NCBI RefSeq assembly: GCF_046119375.1
Contig: NW_027362765.1
Coordinates: 129,580,001-129,644,000 of the forward strand
Length of the DNA: 64,000 bases
Direction of reading: 5' to 3'
From: Phyllobates terribilis
Taxonomy: Eukaryota
This document shows, piece by piece, positions 61,791 through 64,000 of this stretch. The notes under the pieces were generated by a model. That model was given only the letters and a program-made list of their open reading frames with translations, did not search any database and was not told where the DNA came from. Each line of letters starts with the position of its first letter. The first letter of the stretch is position 1. Made by a program: the position numbers and the translations under genes.

Positions 61791-64000
61791 CATAGAATCA
61801 TAGAATGTTAGAGTTGTAAGAGACCTCCAGGGTCATCGTGTCCAACCCCCTGCTCAATGCAGGAGTCACTAAACCATCTCAGACAATTGTCTGTCCAGCC
61901 TCTGTTTGAAGACTTCCATTGAAGTAGACCTCACCACCTCTCGTGGCAGCCTGTTCCTCTCATTCATCACCCTCACTGTGAAAAAGATTTTTCTAATATC
62001 TAAACTGTATCTTCTCCCTTTCAGTTTCATTCCATTGCTTCTCATGTTTCCATGTGCAAATGAAAATAAGGATGATCCCTCTACACTGACATCCCTTCAG
62101 ATATTTGTAGACAGCTATTAAGTTTCCTCTTAGCCTTCTTTTTTGCAAGCGAAACATTCCCAGATCCTTTTTTACTATATTTTGCGGTCCGCTCACCATC
62201 CTGGTTGCTCTTCTCTAAATTTGCTCCAGTTTTTCAATGTCTTTTTTAAAATGTGGTGTCCAGAACTGGACACAGCATTCCAGATGAGGTCTGACCAAGG
62301 AGGAGTAGATGAGGGATAATTACTTCACGTGATCTAGACTCTATGCTTCTCTTAATACATCCCAGAACTGTTTGCCTTTTTTGCTGCTGCATCGCACTGT
62401 TGACTCATATGCAGTCTGTGATCTATTATTTTTCCAATGTCTTTTTCACATGCGCTTGTTGCTTAGTTCTATTCCTCCCATTTTGTAGATGTAATTTTCA
62501 TTTTTCTTGCCAAGATATAGAATCTTGCATTTCTCCCTGTTAAATACCATTCTATTAGTCACTGCCCATTGTTCAAGCTTATCTAGACCCTTCTGAATTC
62601 TTTCTGTGTTCTCTAGTGTTTGCTATCCCTCCTAGCTTTGCATCGTCTACAAATTTGATTATTTTGCCTTCAATTCCCTTATCTAGATCATTTATAAAAA
62701 TGTTGAACAACACTGGGGCCAGGATAGAGCCTTGTGGTACCCCACTTGAAAGACTCTTCCAATTGGATGTGCAACCATTTATTACCACTCTTTGAATACA
62801 GTCACTGAGCCAGTTATGAATACACCTAACCGTAGCCTTTTCAATCACATACTTGATCATTTTTTCAATAAGGATAGTATGAGATACTTTATTAAATGCT
62901 TTGCTGAAGTCGAGATATACTATATGTATTGTATTTCCCTGATCCACCCAGTCAGTGATTCCATTGTAGAAGGAAATTAGATTAGTCTGACATGACTTGT
63001 TTGTTACAAACCCATGCTGGCTATGGGTAATTACTGTATTCTTATCCAAGTACTTACTTGCATGCTGTTTAATAATTTGTTTAAAAATCTTTCCTGGTAT
63101 AGAAGTAAGGCTCACTGGCCTGTAATTTCCTGGCTATATCTTCTTTCCTTTTTTGAAGATAGGGACAACATTTGCCCTTCTCTAATCCTCTGGGACTTCT
63201 CCTGTTCTCCAGGATTTTTCAAAGATTCTGGCTAGTGGTTTTGCAATTTCCTCTGCTATCTCTTTCCGTACCCTACAATGTAATTCATCTGGACCAGGAG
63301 ATTTAAATTAATTTAAATGAGCTAAGTGTTCCCTCACCATCTCTCTGTTTATAGATAATGTGGATTATTTTATTCCTTTGATAGCACAGGGAAGATCAGT
63401 TGATGTTACATTTGCTTTCTTAGAGAACACAGATGCAAAATATTAATTTAAAAGTTGGGACTTCTCAACATCTTTTTTGACCACTTGACCTTTTTCATCC
63501 TGTAAAAATCCTATAGCATTTTTAGCTTTTATTTTGCGTTTGACATCTTTTTTTATTGCTTTTGGTCTCCCTTGCAAGCCTCACTTCATTACTGGCTTTA
63601 GCTTTTCTAACGCTTGCCCTGCATTCCCTGCAGACATCATTATAGTCTTCTTTAGATATGCCTCCCTCTTTCTATTTGATATACATTTGTTTTTTCCTTT
63701 TTAACACGTGTTTAAGTTCTGTGTTCATCCCTCCTGGTCTCTTTAAATGCTTCCAATTCTTCCTTCTTTTTGGGATTGTTACTGATTGTGCAGTGAGAAT
63801 TTAATTTAGCAAAATCTCTCATCCTTCTTGGACATTTCTGTCCTTTAGAACATCCAGCCATTGGACCTTTCCTACCCTCTTTCTGAGTCCATTAAAATCT
63901 GCCTTTCTGAAGTCCAACCTTAAAGTCTGAGTCCTCGCTTGTCTTCCTCCTCTTGTAATAGAAAATTCAAGGATAGCATGATCGCTGCCTCCTAAATTCC
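61791..64000 (-). mobile_element. CR1 LINE (3' part of ORF2, degenerate), continuing past the window end
   Basis: (ATTCTATG)n tail at 61791. RT motifs SLTSIPGK, QHGF..SCQTNL, YLDFSKAF, GVPQGSIL, KFVDD. Endonuclease end GNLGGSDHAILEF at the window edge. Confidence 0.92.

Overview
Vertebrate genomic DNA, most likely an anuran amphibian. This is inferred from the gene sequences and the T2/Kolobok, Harbinger, Tc1, CR1 and L2 repeat landscape; the species cannot be determined. The host genes form the conserved SS18L1-PSMA7-LSM14B cluster: SS18L1 coding exon 1 (minus, 3485-3553), complete PSMA7 (plus, 7 exons, 4071-14013, 247 aa) and complete LSM14B (minus, 9 coding exons including a 117-nt cassette, 50854-36155). 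The rest is mostly mobile DNA. It includes a young intact Gypsy retrotransposon (19549-27416) with a tRNA-Ser PBS and a -1 frameshift pseudoknot, three decayed Tc1-family transposons with DD38E, DD34E and DD35E spacing, CR1/L2 fragments, many MITEs, two intronic tandem arrays and a ~1 kb spacer-less palindrome. The best candidate for an undescribed system is a second LTR element (53870-60207, TSD CTTG). It has no recognisable capsid, protease, RT or integrase. Instead it encodes a protein with a cold-shock (Y-box/Lin28/CspA-like) domain, and it shares its PBS, LTR termini, U5 blocks and post-PBS motif with the autonomous Gypsy. This suggests a helper-dependent retroelement carrying an RNA-binding cargo. 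All alignments and counts were done by eye; no searches were run.
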